A DNA stretch of 64,000 nt from Nitrososphaeria archaeon (GTDB taxonomy: Archaea > Thermoproteota > Nitrososphaeria > JACIWG01). Under the pieces are notes generated by a model. The model was not told the origin of the DNA, did not search any database, and worked only from the letters and a program-made list of their open reading frames with translations. Location: NCBI GenBank assembly GCA_963752255.1, contig CAVVXT010000012.1:192001-256000 (forward strand). Reading direction: 5' to 3'. Shown piece after piece: positions 50,008 to 60,641 of this stretch (position 1 is the first letter of the stretch; each line of letters opens with the position of its first letter). Position numbers and translations under genes: made by a program.

Positions 50008-50751
50008 GTGATTTGGTTGGTAGAAGACTATGGAACTAAGACCTGGTCAGAAGTAGCGACAGTGTTGAACGATGGATTGAATACTGTAATAATCCCAATT
50101 GGCACAGTTGAGGCACATGGCAAACATCTTCCGATAACGACAGATGCCATATTGCCACAAGAAATCTGTAAGAGGTTAAGTGACAAAGTGAAGGCACTTG
50201 TGGCACCTCCAATATACTATGGTGTGACAACTTCTCTGAGTAATTATCCGGGCTCGATACCCGTCAGCAGGCAGGCTTTTACATCTTATCTAACAGACAT
50301 CTTTGTAGGTTTTGCTAAATCAGGTTTCTTGAACATAATAGTGGTCAATGGACATGCAGGGAATGTTGAGAGCATTAAGGAGGCCGCTGAAAAGGCATAT
50401 GATAGGGCTAGAATCCGAACTTTGGATATTGACTGGTATATCGCTTGTGACGATGTTGTGAAGAAACATTACGGTACCCTTTCAGGACATGGCACAATAG
50501 AAGAAACAGCTGCAATCCTAGCAGTGGACAAAAAACTTGTCAAAAACGCCTTATACGACAAGAAACAAGCAATCAGACGGGTAGAAGGAACATGGATGTA
50601 TCCGATGGTTGGTTCCATGATAAAAAGGGATGAGCTTGACACGCCGAATTTTGATCTAGATAAAGGGAAAAAATTCTTTGCCGAGGTCTGTCAGACAATA
50701 GAAGACATCATTACCGACTATATGGAGAGGGCTTTAGAAAATCCACTTTAA
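50008..50751 (+). CDS. Creatininase-family amidohydrolase
   Basis: P.G..E.HG.HLP..TD, NGH.GN, H....ET. Confidence 0.85.
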   Translation: MIWLVEDYGTKTWSEVATVLNDGLNTVIIPIGTVEAHGKHLPITTDAILPQEICKRLSDKVKALVAPPIYYGVTTSLSNYPGSIPVSRQAFTSYLTDIFVGFAKSGFLNIIVVNGHAGNVESIKEAAEKAYDRARIRTLDIDWYIACDDVVKKHYGTLSGHGTIEETAAILAVDKKLVKNALYDKKQAIRRVEGTWMYPMVGSMIKRDELDTPNFDLDKGKKFFAEVCQTIEDIITDYMERALENPL

Positions 50752-50759
50752 AAGATGAA

Positions 50760-52361
50760 CTAACTCAGTTTCTTGCCCATGTATGGTCCAGTAGGAGAGT
50801 AACCCAATTTTTCATAATATCTTCTTGTTCCAACAGCACTTGTTACGAGAATCTTTTCACTATCAAATTCATTTTTTGAAATGAACTCGGCTTCTTCGAG
50901 CAGTTTTCTTCCAAATCCCTTATGCTGCCATCCATCATTTGATTTGGAACCTATTGGGACAACTGAACCGTAAACGTGGAGTTCCCTGATTAAAGCCGCA
51001 CCTTTAACCTCCACCCTATGAGCTGATATTGAAGGTTTCCTAAGCCTCAAAAAACCCACGAGAATTGAACGATCGTATGTTTCAAAAGATATAAAAACCT
51101 CTTTTCCATTCGATGCATTGTAGTAAATTTTGTGAATTTTAAGCTCTTCTTTCGTAAGCTTATCCTTGTGGGCTAGCAGACCAACTTCCCTACATCTTAT
51201 ACACCTACACGTCCTTCCACTTTTCTTAAGACGCTCTTGTGAGAGCTCCCTAAGATTTCCTTTCTTAACACCGGCTACTATAAGGTTAGCGGGGATATCT
51301 CTCTGAACCCGCATTATTCTTACCCAATAGGGGACAAACGACATTACTTCAGAAACAATATCAACTACCTTATCTTCCGGATAAGGAGTGTATTCACCCT
51401 TTAAATAGTGCTGGTAAAGTTGAGAGTTTTCAACGACAAGCGTAGGATATATCTTTACCATGTCTGGTCTAAAGTCTGGATCTTCAAACAGCTTTCTAAA
51501 GGACAATATATCTTCTTCAGGTGTAGAACCTGGAAGACCAGGCATCATGTGAGCAACGATCTTTAGACCAGAATCTTTCGCTATTCTAAATGCTTCTATA
51601 ACATCTTGAACACTGTGGCCTCTTCCGACAATCTGATATATTCTGTCTGACGGATGTTGAACCCCTATTTCTACTCTTGTTACCCCATATTTTAACATGT
51701 TATCCACGTGCGTCTGTTTGCAGAAGTCAGGTCTCGTCTCCAGAGTTAGACCTACGTTTCTGATACACGCATTTTGATTAAAGCGCAAGGATTCTTCCAA
51801 AGATTTTGAGACGAAACCATTTAAACCATCAAAGCATCCTTTTACAAAATATCTCTGATATTCTTCAGGCTGATTTAGAAAAGTCCCACCCATGACGATG
51901 AGTTCAGCCTTCTGAACTTCATGCCCGATCGCTTTTAGCTGCCTTATTCTGCTTGTTACCTGCGAATAGGGATCGTAATTGTGTTCTCTTCCTCTTGCGG
52001 CTGTAGGCTCATAGCCGGTGTAACTTTGAGGGGAACCATACTGTACTCCTCCAGGGCAGTAGAGGCATGGTATCTTCTGAGGACAAGGATACGGTCTTGA
52101 CATTACCGCAATGACAACAACTCCTGAAGCGGAACGTATGGGTTTTAACCTCAGTATTGAGCGTAGTAACTCTTGCTTTTTAGATGGAACTATCGATAGG
52201 ATGTCGGAATTTTTTGGAACAGTCTCCAATCCAAATTCCTTTGAAACTTTTACTTTCAGGGAATATAAGACACGTTGATTTCTAGGAGGATTCTCTGCCA
52301 TCAAAACTGAAATCTTCTTGCACGCCTTTGCATAAGCCTCCTTACTTTTTTCTATTAACAT
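50760..52361 (-). CDS. elp3: Elp3 tRNA uridine(34) acetyltransferase (radical SAM + KAT)
   Basis: CP...C.YCPGG, SYTG.EP, ETRPD, CRCIRCRE, RELHVYG, QH.G.G..L. Confidence 0.95.
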   Translation of the reverse strand: MLIEKSKEAYAKACKKISVLMAENPPRNQRVLYSLKVKVSKEFGLETVPKNSDILSIVPSKKQELLRSILRLKPIRSASGVVVIAVMSRPYPCPQKIPCLYCPGGVQYGSPQSYTGYEPTAARGREHNYDPYSQVTSRIRQLKAIGHEVQKAELIVMGGTFLNQPEEYQRYFVKGCFDGLNGFVSKSLEESLRFNQNACIRNVGLTLETRPDFCKQTHVDNMLKYGVTRVEIGVQHPSDRIYQIVGRGHSVQDVIEAFRIAKDSGLKIVAHMMPGLPGSTPEEDILSFRKLFEDPDFRPDMVKIYPTLVVENSQLYQHYLKGEYTPYPEDKVVDIVSEVMSFVPYWVRIMRVQRDIPANLIVAGVKKGNLRELSQERLKKSGRTCRCIRCREVGLLAHKDKLTKEELKIHKIYYNASNGKEVFISFETYDRSILVGFLRLRKPSISAHRVEVKGAALIRELHVYGSVVPIGSKSNDGWQHKGFGRKLLEEAEFISKNEFDSEKILVTSAVGTRRYYEKLGYSPTGPYMGKKLS

Positions 52362-52406
52362 CGTAACCTAGAGGATAAAACATAAAATTATGCGTAATTT
52401 AAGTTT

Positions 52407-52574
52407 TTATCTAAGAACCCAGTTCTGCCCACTCTTCCTCTTGAGGATAAACCTTTTAACATAATTTCCCCTATTCCTTACTTTCGGAATCGGTGAAGGC
52501 TTATGCTCCTTCTTCTGAGGAGGCGTCTTGGATCTTACTTTTCCAGCTTTGGTTAAGCTTCCATGTGTTGGCAT
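52407..52574 (-). CDS. rps30e: 30S ribosomal protein eS30
   Basis: MPTHGSLTKAGKVRS.TP; true ATG at 52574. Confidence 0.93.
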   Translation of the reverse strand: MPTHGSLTKAGKVRSKTPPQKKEHKPSPIPKVRNRGNYVKRFILKRKSGQNWVLR

Positions 52575-52648
52575 AGCTAACGTCAGAACAATCTGCCATT
52601 GGCGTAAATAAGTGTTACCTTTTATCTGCTGCAATAGACCTGCTTATT

Positions 52649-53485
52649 CTAAATAGAAAACTTTTTTCCTGAAGCACTTCTGGTATATTTCCCAAAATCG
52701 GATGATTTCAAAAGATCGTCTCCACTGAAAACCGGACCGTCCCTGCAGACGAGGAAACCTGAGCCATCTAGTGCGCACTGACCACATATGCCAATAGCGC
52801 ACTTCATATAACGTTCAAGGGAGAGTTGCATTCTGATACTGTTTTTAAGAGCGATATCGAACAGGTCGTAAAGCATTTTTTCAGGACCGCACCCATAAAT
52901 CTGGTCAAAGAACGCTTCGTTAACCAACTGACGTATCATCATGCTCGCAAAACACTTCTGACCTATTGTACCATCATCTGAAGTAGGAAAATACGAGAGT
53001 AAGCCCTTCTTACCTAATTCCACAAATTCTTTGTGAAAAGAGTTCTCGGAACCCGTTCTTGTTCCTACTACAACTGTCGGAAACATCTTCTTCTGGAGCA
53101 TCTTGTCGACAAGTAAGCGGATTCCAGAAACACCAATTCCTCCGGCTGCCAGAAGTGGCTTTTTTCCAAGAATCTTGAATCCTTCACCATAGGGTCCTCT
53201 GATACCCAAACTCTGACTCTTAGAGATAGAGCAGAGACGTTTGGTCGTATCGCCGACGGCTTTTACCGTTATACCGCATATTCCATCATCAACATGGGAA
53301 ATCGACATGGGGACTTCATCACAACCGACAAACCAGATCATCAAATATTGTCCTGGAATTGCCTCAGATACAAATTCGTCTTCAAAGAAAAGTGTTGAAC
53401 AGTTTTCGCCGTAACTGGTCACTTTTATAACATTTCTTATTCTCAGTGAATTAGCTTGGGGATTGAATATTTTTTTAGAGGTCAT
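52649..53485 (-). CDS. pyrK: Dihydroorotate dehydrogenase electron-transfer subunit
   Basis: PGQY.M, RGPYG, GGIG, CGP..M, ERYMKC..G.CG.C...VC.DGP. Confidence 0.92.
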   Translation of the reverse strand: MTSKKIFNPQANSLRIRNVIKVTSYGENCSTLFFEDEFVSEAIPGQYLMIWFVGCDEVPMSISHVDDGICGITVKAVGDTTKRLCSISKSQSLGIRGPYGEGFKILGKKPLLAAGGIGVSGIRLLVDKMLQKKMFPTVVVGTRTGSENSFHKEFVELGKKGLLSYFPTSDDGTIGQKCFASMMIRQLVNEAFFDQIYGCGPEKMLYDLFDIALKNSIRMQLSLERYMKCAIGICGQCALDGSGFLVCRDGPVFSGDDLLKSSDFGKYTRSASGKKFSI

Positions 53486-54393
53486 TTGTGTCCCCTACCA
53501 ACAATCTCATCCAAACATGAGAAATTTTTTTCAATCATGTACTTTCTAAGACCCACTAATATCTCTTCGAACACTTCTAAACCCTTCCAAACTATAGCTG
53601 AGCCTATCTGCACAGCCGAAGCACCAGCTAGTAAATACTCAACCGCGTCCTTCCAAGACAGAATGCCCCCTACTCCAACTATTGGAACATCTACGCTCTC
53701 AAAAAGATCGTAAACCATTTTTATAGAAACTGGTTTTATTGCTGGACCAGAAAGTCCGCCGGATTTATTCGCTAAAATAGGTGTCATAGCATCAATATCA
53801 ATTGCCATAGCCTTCAAAGTATTGATAGCGACAATAGCGTCAGCTCCAGCCTTTACCGCTGAAAACGCTATAGAAGTAACGTCGGAAACGTTTGGTGTTA
53901 TTTTGGCGAAAACAGGTACGTTTACAGAGTTCTTAACTTTGTTTACAACTTTATAGACCATTTCAGGATCCTGTCCAATAAGAGAACCGACTTCCTTTAC
54001 ATGAGGACATGAGAGGTTGATTTCGAATGCCGAAGGCTTAAGGGCTAGCAACTTTTTCGCTACGTTAGAGTATTCATCAGGGGATGAGCCAAATATACTG
54101 TAGATGACTGGAAAATTAAAGTTTTGGCCTTCAAATTCTTTAACGAATTCGTCGATACCTGGATTTGGTAAACCCATAGCGTTTATTAGGCCATAGGAAT
54201 CAATAACGTAAACCGATGGATTAGCATATCCATCTCTTGCTTTAATACCTACAGACTTTGTGACAGCCGCTCCCGCACCCGCCTTGGCGACTCTTCTAAT
54301 TGTGGAGGAAGTCATACCGAGTATACCTGAAGCAAGAATTAGAGGATTGTCTATTACTAATCCTGCCACCTTTGTTTGAAAGTTAGGATGCAT
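53482..54393 (-). CDS. pyrD: Dihydroorotate dehydrogenase (family 1B)
   Basis: NP..LASG, TKS, NAMGL.NPG, EINLSCP, INT, GGLSG.AIKP; likely start MHPNF at 54393. Confidence 0.94.
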   Translation of the reverse strand: MHPNFQTKVAGLVIDNPLILASGILGMTSSTIRRVAKAGAGAAVTKSVGIKARDGYANPSVYVIDSYGLINAMGLPNPGIDEFVKEFEGQNFNFPVIYSIFGSSPDEYSNVAKKLLALKPSAFEINLSCPHVKEVGSLIGQDPEMVYKVVNKVKNSVNVPVFAKITPNVSDVTSIAFSAVKAGADAIVAINTLKAMAIDIDAMTPILANKSGGLSGPAIKPVSIKMVYDLFESVDVPIVGVGGILSWKDAVEYLLAGASAVQIGSAIVWKGLEVFEEILVGLRKYMIEKNFSCLDEIVGRGHK

Positions 54394-54502
54394 ATCTGCA
54401 ATGTTAACCCGAGAACATGTAAGCAAAAAAGGTTTTGTTTTCTTTTTACGTCTATAATTTATAAGTAGGCCCATTAAGTGCTAGCGTTAAAGAGTTGAGA
54501 GC

Positions 54503-55688
54503 TTGATAATAGTCTTCGCGCACGAAGCTGGTGTAAGCGTACTAGACGAGAATCTTAAGGTAATAGGTACAGTAGGTTACTCCAAGAACCCTGCTGTAGA
54601 ATATAAAAGGTTTCTAGAGGGAGAGGAATACGATTTAATTAAAGCAACTCTCGAAAAGGTCAAAGCTTTACCAGGCGAGCTAGTTCTAGTGCAGACACAG
54701 CAGCTTAGAAGGGTGTTCTTAGAAGAGCTTCCAAAAGTCGATCTTATACAAGACGATAAAGTTTCAAAAATCGTATCCGAGAAGATGAGGATAATATTAG
54801 AATCTGGGTTTGCTGAAAATGAGCAGAAGGCGTATGAAGTATTAAGAGAGTTTAGCTTGAGACAGTCAGAAGCGAAGATTACTGAAGAATCAACTCGATT
54901 AGACCTGCAGGCGATAGAGGCTGTGTTAGCCCTAGACGAGCTCGATAAAATGATTAACATTATCGGAACAAGGGTAAAGGAATGGTACCAAATACACTTC
55001 CCAGAAATACTGCAGTTCTATGAAGAGCCAATTGAATTATGTAAGTTTGTTTCTGAGGTAGGAGACCGAAGGAACCTTGACGAAGATAAAGCTGCAACAC
55101 TCAATTTTTCAGAGAACAAGAAAAGAGCCTTACTTAGTGCTGCGCAAAAGTCAAGAGGCGGAACATTTAGAGAAGAAGACATAGAAAGAATTGTTGTACT
55201 CGCGAATCTTGTCAAAGACACAAATGAAGTTAAAAAGAGAATGTCAAACTTTATCGAAGGCGTTATGAAAAAAATAGCTCCGAATGTTACAGCGATTTGT
55301 GGAGCAACAATTGGAGCAAGACTTATCTCAAAAGCTGGAGGCTTGGAGAAACTAGGCAATGCTACCGTCGAGCACAATCCAGATCTTAGGGGCGGAAAAG
55401 GCACTCTTTAGGGCAATAAAAACTGGTGCTAAACCACCAAAACATGGAGTGATCTTTCAGCATGTGCTGGTACATGAGTCTCCTAAATGGCAGAGGGGTA
55501 GAATCGCTAGGGCATTAGCTTCAAAGATTGCTATAGCTGCTAGAATCGACTTCTACAGAAAGGAGCTTGACCCTTCTGTGGAGGAGGATCTCATGGTCAG
55601 GATTAAAGAAATAAGGAGGTCTAAGGAAAAAGTGAAAATGGAAGAACCATCAAGGAGGGCTTCCAAATTCAGGGGGAGGAAAAGGTAA
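54503..55688 (+). CDS. nop5: Box C/D RNP protein Nop5 (Nop56/58); one extra base at about 55355-55356 (probable sequencing indel)
   Basis: EWY..HFPE, IAPN...G...[34 protein letters not shown]. Confidence 0.93.
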
Positions 55689-55691
55689 GAC

Positions 55692-56381
55692 TTGGTGAGG
55701 GTTGACACAGATGAACGTTCAGATAGAGTATTCTGGATAAAAGATGGGAACGAAAAAAGAATTGCAACAATAAATCTTACACCGGGGAAGACTGTTTATG
55801 GAGAGAAGACATTACATATAGATAAAAACGAATATCGATATTGGGATCCTTTCAGAAGCAAGCTTGCGGCAGCCCTAATCAATGGATTAAAATATTTTCC
55901 GTTCCCGGAAAATTTAAAAGTTCTGTACCTTGGTGCATCGACAGGTACAACCGTTAGCCATATATCAGATATCATAGGAGAAAAGGGAATAATCTTTGCA
56001 GTGGAATTTGCTCCTCGAGTTGCAAACGAATTCATTGACAGATGCGCAAAATTTAGAAGAAATCTTATAACTATTGTAGAAGACGCTCGGAGACCTGAAA
56101 AATATTTTGGAATCTTCGGCAAGGTTGATGTTGTCTACTGTGACATAGCTCAACCAAATCAGACAGAGATCGCGATCCAGAATTGCAGGTTTTATCTTAA
56201 GGAAGGAGGTTATCTGTTTTTAGTCGTTAAATCAAGGAGCATAAACGCTTCAAAGGCGCCTTCAAGAATCTTTAAGGAAGAAGAAGATAAACTGAGGATA
56301 GCAGGATTTGATCTCCTCCAGACCATAACCTTATCTCCGTTTGACAAAGATCACGCTCTCATTGTAGCTAAGATGATCTGA
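55692..56381 (+). CDS. flpA: Fibrillarin rRNA/tRNA 2'-O-methyltransferase
   Basis: VYGE, W.P.RSKLAA, LYLGA.TGTT.SH, D.AQP.Q. Confidence 0.96.
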   Translation: MVRVDTDERSDRVFWIKDGNEKRIATINLTPGKTVYGEKTLHIDKNEYRYWDPFRSKLAAALINGLKYFPFPENLKVLYLGASTGTTVSHISDIIGEKGIIFAVEFAPRVANEFIDRCAKFRRNLITIVEDARRPEKYFGIFGKVDVVYCDIAQPNQTEIAIQNCRFYLKEGGYLFLVVKSRSINASKAPSRIFKEEEDKLRIAGFDLLQTITLSPFDKDHALIVAKMI

Positions 56382-56418
56382 CACTGAGAACAAGGTCTAA
56401 GTAAAAGGTTTCTGTCCT

Positions 56419-57078
56419 TCAATATTCGTCAAGAGTTTTCGAGCGAATCTTCCTAAGCGATTTCCAAGATTGTCTTACGAAGTCGGGTATGTTTCCCTTA
56501 TTCTCTATCCAATTCCTAACAAATTCAACTGTTCTTAGGTCAGAAGGATATCCGCTGCCAAAGAATCCATGTTCCTTGGCTAATTCATCAATTCTCCTAT
56601 CCCTTGTTACTTTAGCAATAATGCTGGCTGCAGATACGACAACATAATTTCTATCTGCATGATGTTCCGCTATAATCCTTGGTTCCCCACTCGATAATGA
56701 AAGTATATCTGAAGCATATCTCGCAGGTTTAACATCTGGACAGTCCACATACACAGTCCTTACATCTAGGGCTTCAATGATCTTCGCCATCGTTATTACC
56801 TCAAGGTAATTCAGCTTATGCAATTTTTTGCCGAACTTAACGTACTTATCTATCTCTTTAGGAGAAACCTCTGTCACGGTAATCATTTCAGCGTTCTCTG
56901 CAATTATATCATAAAGTCTTCTCCTAGTCTTGGGAAGGAGCAGCTTAGAGTCCTTAACTTTAGATTCTTGCAGAAACATTAATTTTGATGATCTAACTGA
57001 GACACCCGCGACCACCATTGGTCCTATGAGAGAACCTCTGCCGGCTTCGTCTACTCCTCCCACTATTTCTTCTGACAA
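56419..57078 (-). CDS. rnhB: Ribonuclease HII
   Basis: GVDEAGRG, DSK.L, SAASIIAKV.RD, GSGYPSD; C-terminal PIP-like KTLDEY. Confidence 0.95.
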   Translation of the reverse strand: MSEEIVGGVDEAGRGSLIGPMVVAGVSVRSSKLMFLQESKVKDSKLLLPKTRRRLYDIIAENAEMITVTEVSPKEIDKYVKFGKKLHKLNYLEVITMAKIIEALDVRTVYVDCPDVKPARYASDILSLSSGEPRIIAEHHADRNYVVVSAASIIAKVTRDRRIDELAKEHGFFGSGYPSDLRTVEFVRNWIENKGNIPDFVRQSWKSLRKIRSKTLDEY

Positions 57079-57090
57079 TAAGATTTCACC

Positions 57091-57639
57091 TCATTTTATA
57101 AAGGGCATTATTTCCTCGACTATAGTTTTATGAAGTAACTCCCTATTCTCAAAAGTTATCTCATAGACCTTTATGTCATCTGAACCCGTTATCCTATCAA
57201 TTATGGGGTCCTTCAACCTTTTGTGAACTGATCCAATAACAGGCTTGTCGGAATCTAAAAGGGCTACTATAGCCCTTCTGACATCTGGAGAAATAAGTTC
57301 CATGGGACCGACCTCATCGCATACAATTATGTCGGAATAATCTATTGAGTATAAGATAGACGCAGCAAAGATATTCTTAAGATCGTTAAGGTTCACTCTA
57401 TATTTTCCAACCTTTGGGCCAGTTTTTACTTTAACCGAGGATAGAGTACCTATGACACCATCTGAAAGACTGACGATCTGAAATCCTATTCTTTCACCTT
57501 TTTCCCTCATGTCGCGAGTAAGAACACCACCTATGTTGAGACCTCTGGACTTTAATTCGTAAACGATCTTTCCAATCAGAGTCGTCTTCCCAATTCCAGG
57601 TTCCCCTGTGACAAAAATCTTCTTCACCAAGTCTAACAC
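57091..57639 (-). CDS. THEP1-family nucleoside triphosphatase
   Basis: TGEPGIGKTT, R.GF, VGKY.V, DEVGPME. Confidence 0.9.
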   Translation of the reverse strand: MLDLVKKIFVTGEPGIGKTTLIGKIVYELKSRGLNIGGVLTRDMREKGERIGFQIVSLSDGVIGTLSSVKVKTGPKVGKYRVNLNDLKNIFAASILYSIDYSDIIVCDEVGPMELISPDVRRAIVALLDSDKPVIGSVHKRLKDPIIDRITGSDDIKVYEITFENRELLHKTIVEEIMPFIK

Positions 57640-57691
57640 TAGGGTAATAGGACAATATGTTTATGTAGTTTTATAATTCACTTTCTTTGCA

Positions 57692-58366
57692 ATGAAAAAA
57701 AGCGAGGGCGAACGTAAGAAAAGAGTTCTGAAGATAATAATAGAGAAGGTTAATGGCGAATGGAAGGGGTGGTCTTCAAACCCTCTCGAAACCCTTGTTG
57801 GAACAATAATTTCTCAGAACACAAATGACAGGAACACGGAGAGGGCGATGGAGCTTCTAAGAAAAGAGATCGGAATTAATTTAGATGCCATCCTCTCAGC
57901 TCCTAAAGAGAAGGTTATGGAATGTTTAAAACCTGCTGGATTATATAATACCAAAGCCCCAAGAATAATAGAGTTAGCTAAGATTCTAAAAGAAAAAATC
58001 GGTGATCCGAAAAAACTTGAAGAGATGAGCTCAGAAGACGTTCGTCAATTTCTCTCAAAAATCAAGGGAATAGGACCTAAGACTGTGGACGTGTTCCTAG
58101 CGTTTTCAAGAAAAGAAGATGTAATACCGGTTGACACCCATATTAAAAGGGTTGCTAAAAGACTTGGATTTGCAGCAGAAAAAGACAACTACTTTAAGAT
58201 AAGGGAAAATCTCGAAAAATCTGTTCCTAAAGGAGAGAGGGTTAAAGCCCACTTTGCACTTATAACCTTCGGAAGAGAAATCTGCAATGCAAGACAACCT
58301 AAATGCCAAACATGTCCTGTCATGCAATATTGTCCTTCCAAGAAAATCTTTTATCCAGATATCTAA
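57692..58366 (+). CDS. nth: Endonuclease III (HhH-GPD, 4Fe-4S)
   Basis: I.SQNT.D, GIGPKT, VDTH, GR..C.AR.P.C..CP....C. Confidence 0.92.
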   Translation: MKKSEGERKKRVLKIIIEKVNGEWKGWSSNPLETLVGTIISQNTNDRNTERAMELLRKEIGINLDAILSAPKEKVMECLKPAGLYNTKAPRIIELAKILKEKIGDPKKLEEMSSEDVRQFLSKIKGIGPKTVDVFLAFSRKEDVIPVDTHIKRVAKRLGFAAEKDNYFKIRENLEKSVPKGERVKAHFALITFGREICNARQPKCQTCPVMQYCPSKKIFYPDI

Positions 58367-58378
58367 GGCTGATGTGTA

Positions 58379-59536
58379 TTGCAAGAAGAATTGACAAAAT
58401 ACATCGAAGGAAAAACTGAACTCTTTGTTCCAAGGGGAAGCTTGGTATTGAATGTTCCTCCTAAAGAACCAGCCTTCTTTAATCCAAGAGGGGTTGAAAG
58501 TAGAGATATTTCTATAATAGCTTATGAAACCTTTTCACAGCTGGCACAAAAGCCGATAACTTTCACAGATGTCCTGTGTGGAATTGGAGCAAGAGGGGTA
58601 AGAGTAGCAAAAGAAACAGGAGTCTCCAAGGTTTACCTGAATGACATGAACCCAAGTGCAATAGACTTAGTCAGGAAAAATATAGAAAATAATGACGTAA
58701 AAGAAAAATGTATAGTTTCAAATGACGATGCAAATCACTTCTTCACAACAAACAGAAAAGAAGGAAACCTCTTTGACATCATAGACATCGACCCTTTCGG
58801 TACACCCTCGCCATATCTAGAAGATGCCACCAAGACGATAAAGAAAGAGGGACTCATATCGATGACAGCAACAGACACAGCAGTACTATGTGGCTTGCAT
58901 CCGCATGTCGCACTAAGAAAATATTATGGATTATCAGTCCATACAGAGTACTGTCATGAAGTAGGACTCAGACTCCTTTTTGGAGCATTGGCATTTTCTG
59001 CAGCAAGATATGACAAAGGGATAAAACCACTATTCTGCCATTCTACAAGACATTACCTTAGAGTATATGCGAAAGTTACATACGGTGCAGAAGAAGGAGA
59101 CAGCTCATTAGAGAAGATAGGATACATTAACCACTGCACAAAATGTAATGAAAGAAGCATCAGCAAAATCCCCCTTGAAAAATGCCCAGAATGCGGGTCA
59201 ACCATAATTTATGGCGGACCACTCTGGACAGGAAAGATATTTGATAGGAACTTCATAGAAGAAATGATAAAGACGGTCAAGAACTCGAATACGAAAAAGT
59301 ATTCAAAGATGATGACCACAGCAGTCGAAGAGACCGAAGGACCACCCATGTACTTTCTCATAAGTATGATATGTGACAGACTCCAAGTCAACACTCCAGC
59401 AATAGAAAAGATAATCGAAAGATTAAGAAAAAAAGGATTCTATGCATCAAGAACCAGCATAAACAACAAGGCTGTTAAAACAAATGCCCCTTCTAAAACA
59501 GTTAACGAAATCCTTACAGAGTTATCTAAGATATGA
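58379..59536 (+). CDS. trm1: tRNA (guanine-26-N2)-dimethyltransferase
   Basis: FFNP....RD, G.G.RG.R, DIDPFG.P, TATD, E.GLR, GPLW.G. Confidence 0.93.
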   Translation: MQEELTKYIEGKTELFVPRGSLVLNVPPKEPAFFNPRGVESRDISIIAYETFSQLAQKPITFTDVLCGIGARGVRVAKETGVSKVYLNDMNPSAIDLVRKNIENNDVKEKCIVSNDDANHFFTTNRKEGNLFDIIDIDPFGTPSPYLEDATKTIKKEGLISMTATDTAVLCGLHPHVALRKYYGLSVHTEYCHEVGLRLLFGALAFSAARYDKGIKPLFCHSTRHYLRVYAKVTYGAEEGDSSLEKIGYINHCTKCNERSISKIPLEKCPECGSTIIYGGPLWTGKIFDRNFIEEMIKTVKNSNTKKYSKMMTTAVEETEGPPMYFLISMICDRLQVNTPAIEKIIERLRKKGFYASRTSINNKAVKTNAPSKTVNEILTELSKI

Positions 59537-60118
59537 CAGACATACAAAATATATTTCACTACTTTCTTTTCTACTCGCAGACGGTTTCGTAATAAGTACT
59601 TTCTTAAACATACCTTTTAATTTATCACGGACATCTTGGAAATAGTCCCCTTGGAAGATCTTGAAGACACAGTTGCCTTCAGGCTTTAGAAGATGAGGAA
59701 TCATGTCTATGACCTTCATAGTTAAATCTATCTGTCTAGTATGATCGACTTCCCAAACACCAGTAATATTTTGAGACAAATCTGAAAGGATAACATCAAC
59801 CTCGTAAATAATCGATTTTCTTACGAAATCCAGAGCTTGGGGAGAAAAAATATCCAATGTATAGGTAAAGACATTGTTAAGCTGAATATCTACCTTCTTC
59901 AAATCAAAGCCAAAGACTTTACCATCGGGACCAACCCTCTCACTAGCAACTTGGAGCCAGCCTCCTGGAGCACAGCCGAAGTCAACTACATAGTCGTCCT
60001 CAATTATTAGATGGTACCTGTTGACTAATTCAGCAAGTTTATATGCAGCCCTGCTGCGATAACCTTCTTTCTTTGCTCGCTTTCTATAAAAATCTCTCTT
60101 AGCCTGACTTAGCTTCAA
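59522..60118 (-). CDS. rlmE: RlmE/FtsJ 23S rRNA 2'-O-methyltransferase
   Basis: AK.EGYRSRAAYKL, D.G.APGGW, SD, K.FQG, KP.ASR..S.E. Confidence 0.93.
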   Translation of the reverse strand: MKLSQAKRDFYRKRAKKEGYRSRAAYKLAELVNRYHLIIEDDYVVDFGCAPGGWLQVASERVGPDGKVFGFDLKKVDIQLNNVFTYTLDIFSPQALDFVRKSIIYEVDVILSDLSQNITGVWEVDHTRQIDLTMKVIDMIPHLLKPEGNCVFKIFQGDYFQDVRDKLKGMFKKVLITKPSASRKESSEIYFVCLSYLR

Positions 60119-60584
60119 CCTTCATTACTACCTTATAAGCCGCAAACTCCTTTCTAACCCAATCCTCTAGCGTACTACAGGTTTTCGGTGAAATCTTACT
60201 ATCGTTAGAGCACTGCTCTACAACCTTACAAGTCAGACACGGCGTGTCCCTTATCGAAGTCGTCTTTATAGGCATACGAATTGGGAAGAGCCTGTAAGTC
60301 CATCTACCGTTTTCAAGAACGCGTTCACGTCTTATCATTCCACGCTTCTCAAGCCTTATAGCTAGGCGGCTACCGTCTCGGCTTGTCAGGCTGAGTTCTT
60401 TCCAAAGTTGGCTCTGAAGTATTCCTTCCATTCCATGTTCTACTATAGCTTTGTACGTTCGTGAAGTAAGGTCAAGCTCTTCTTCATCAAGTTTTTCAGG
60501 AACCTCATTCGATGCACTCTCGTCTACACGCTCCTCAGAAATTTTTTCCTCTTCCTCACGATTGGCTTGCTTCGGCATAAACAC
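60099..60584 (-). CDS. TFE-beta / RPC34-like wHTH + 4Fe-4S protein
   Basis: G.LQS.LWK.L...SR..SR....LE..G.I.R; PC..C.....C......P..C..L..W; adjacent to tfb. Confidence 0.8.
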   Translation of the reverse strand: MFMPKQANREEEEKISEERVDESASNEVPEKLDEEELDLTSRTYKAIVEHGMEGILQSQLWKELSLTSRDGSRLAIRLEKRGMIRRERVLENGRWTYRLFPIRMPIKTTSIRDTPCLTCKVVEQCSNDSKISPKTCSTLEDWVRKEFAAYKVVMKVEAKSG

Positions 60585-60641
60585 ACCACCTAATTTTGGG
60601 AACTAAATATATTTATCGTAAGAATACCCTTATAACTTTTT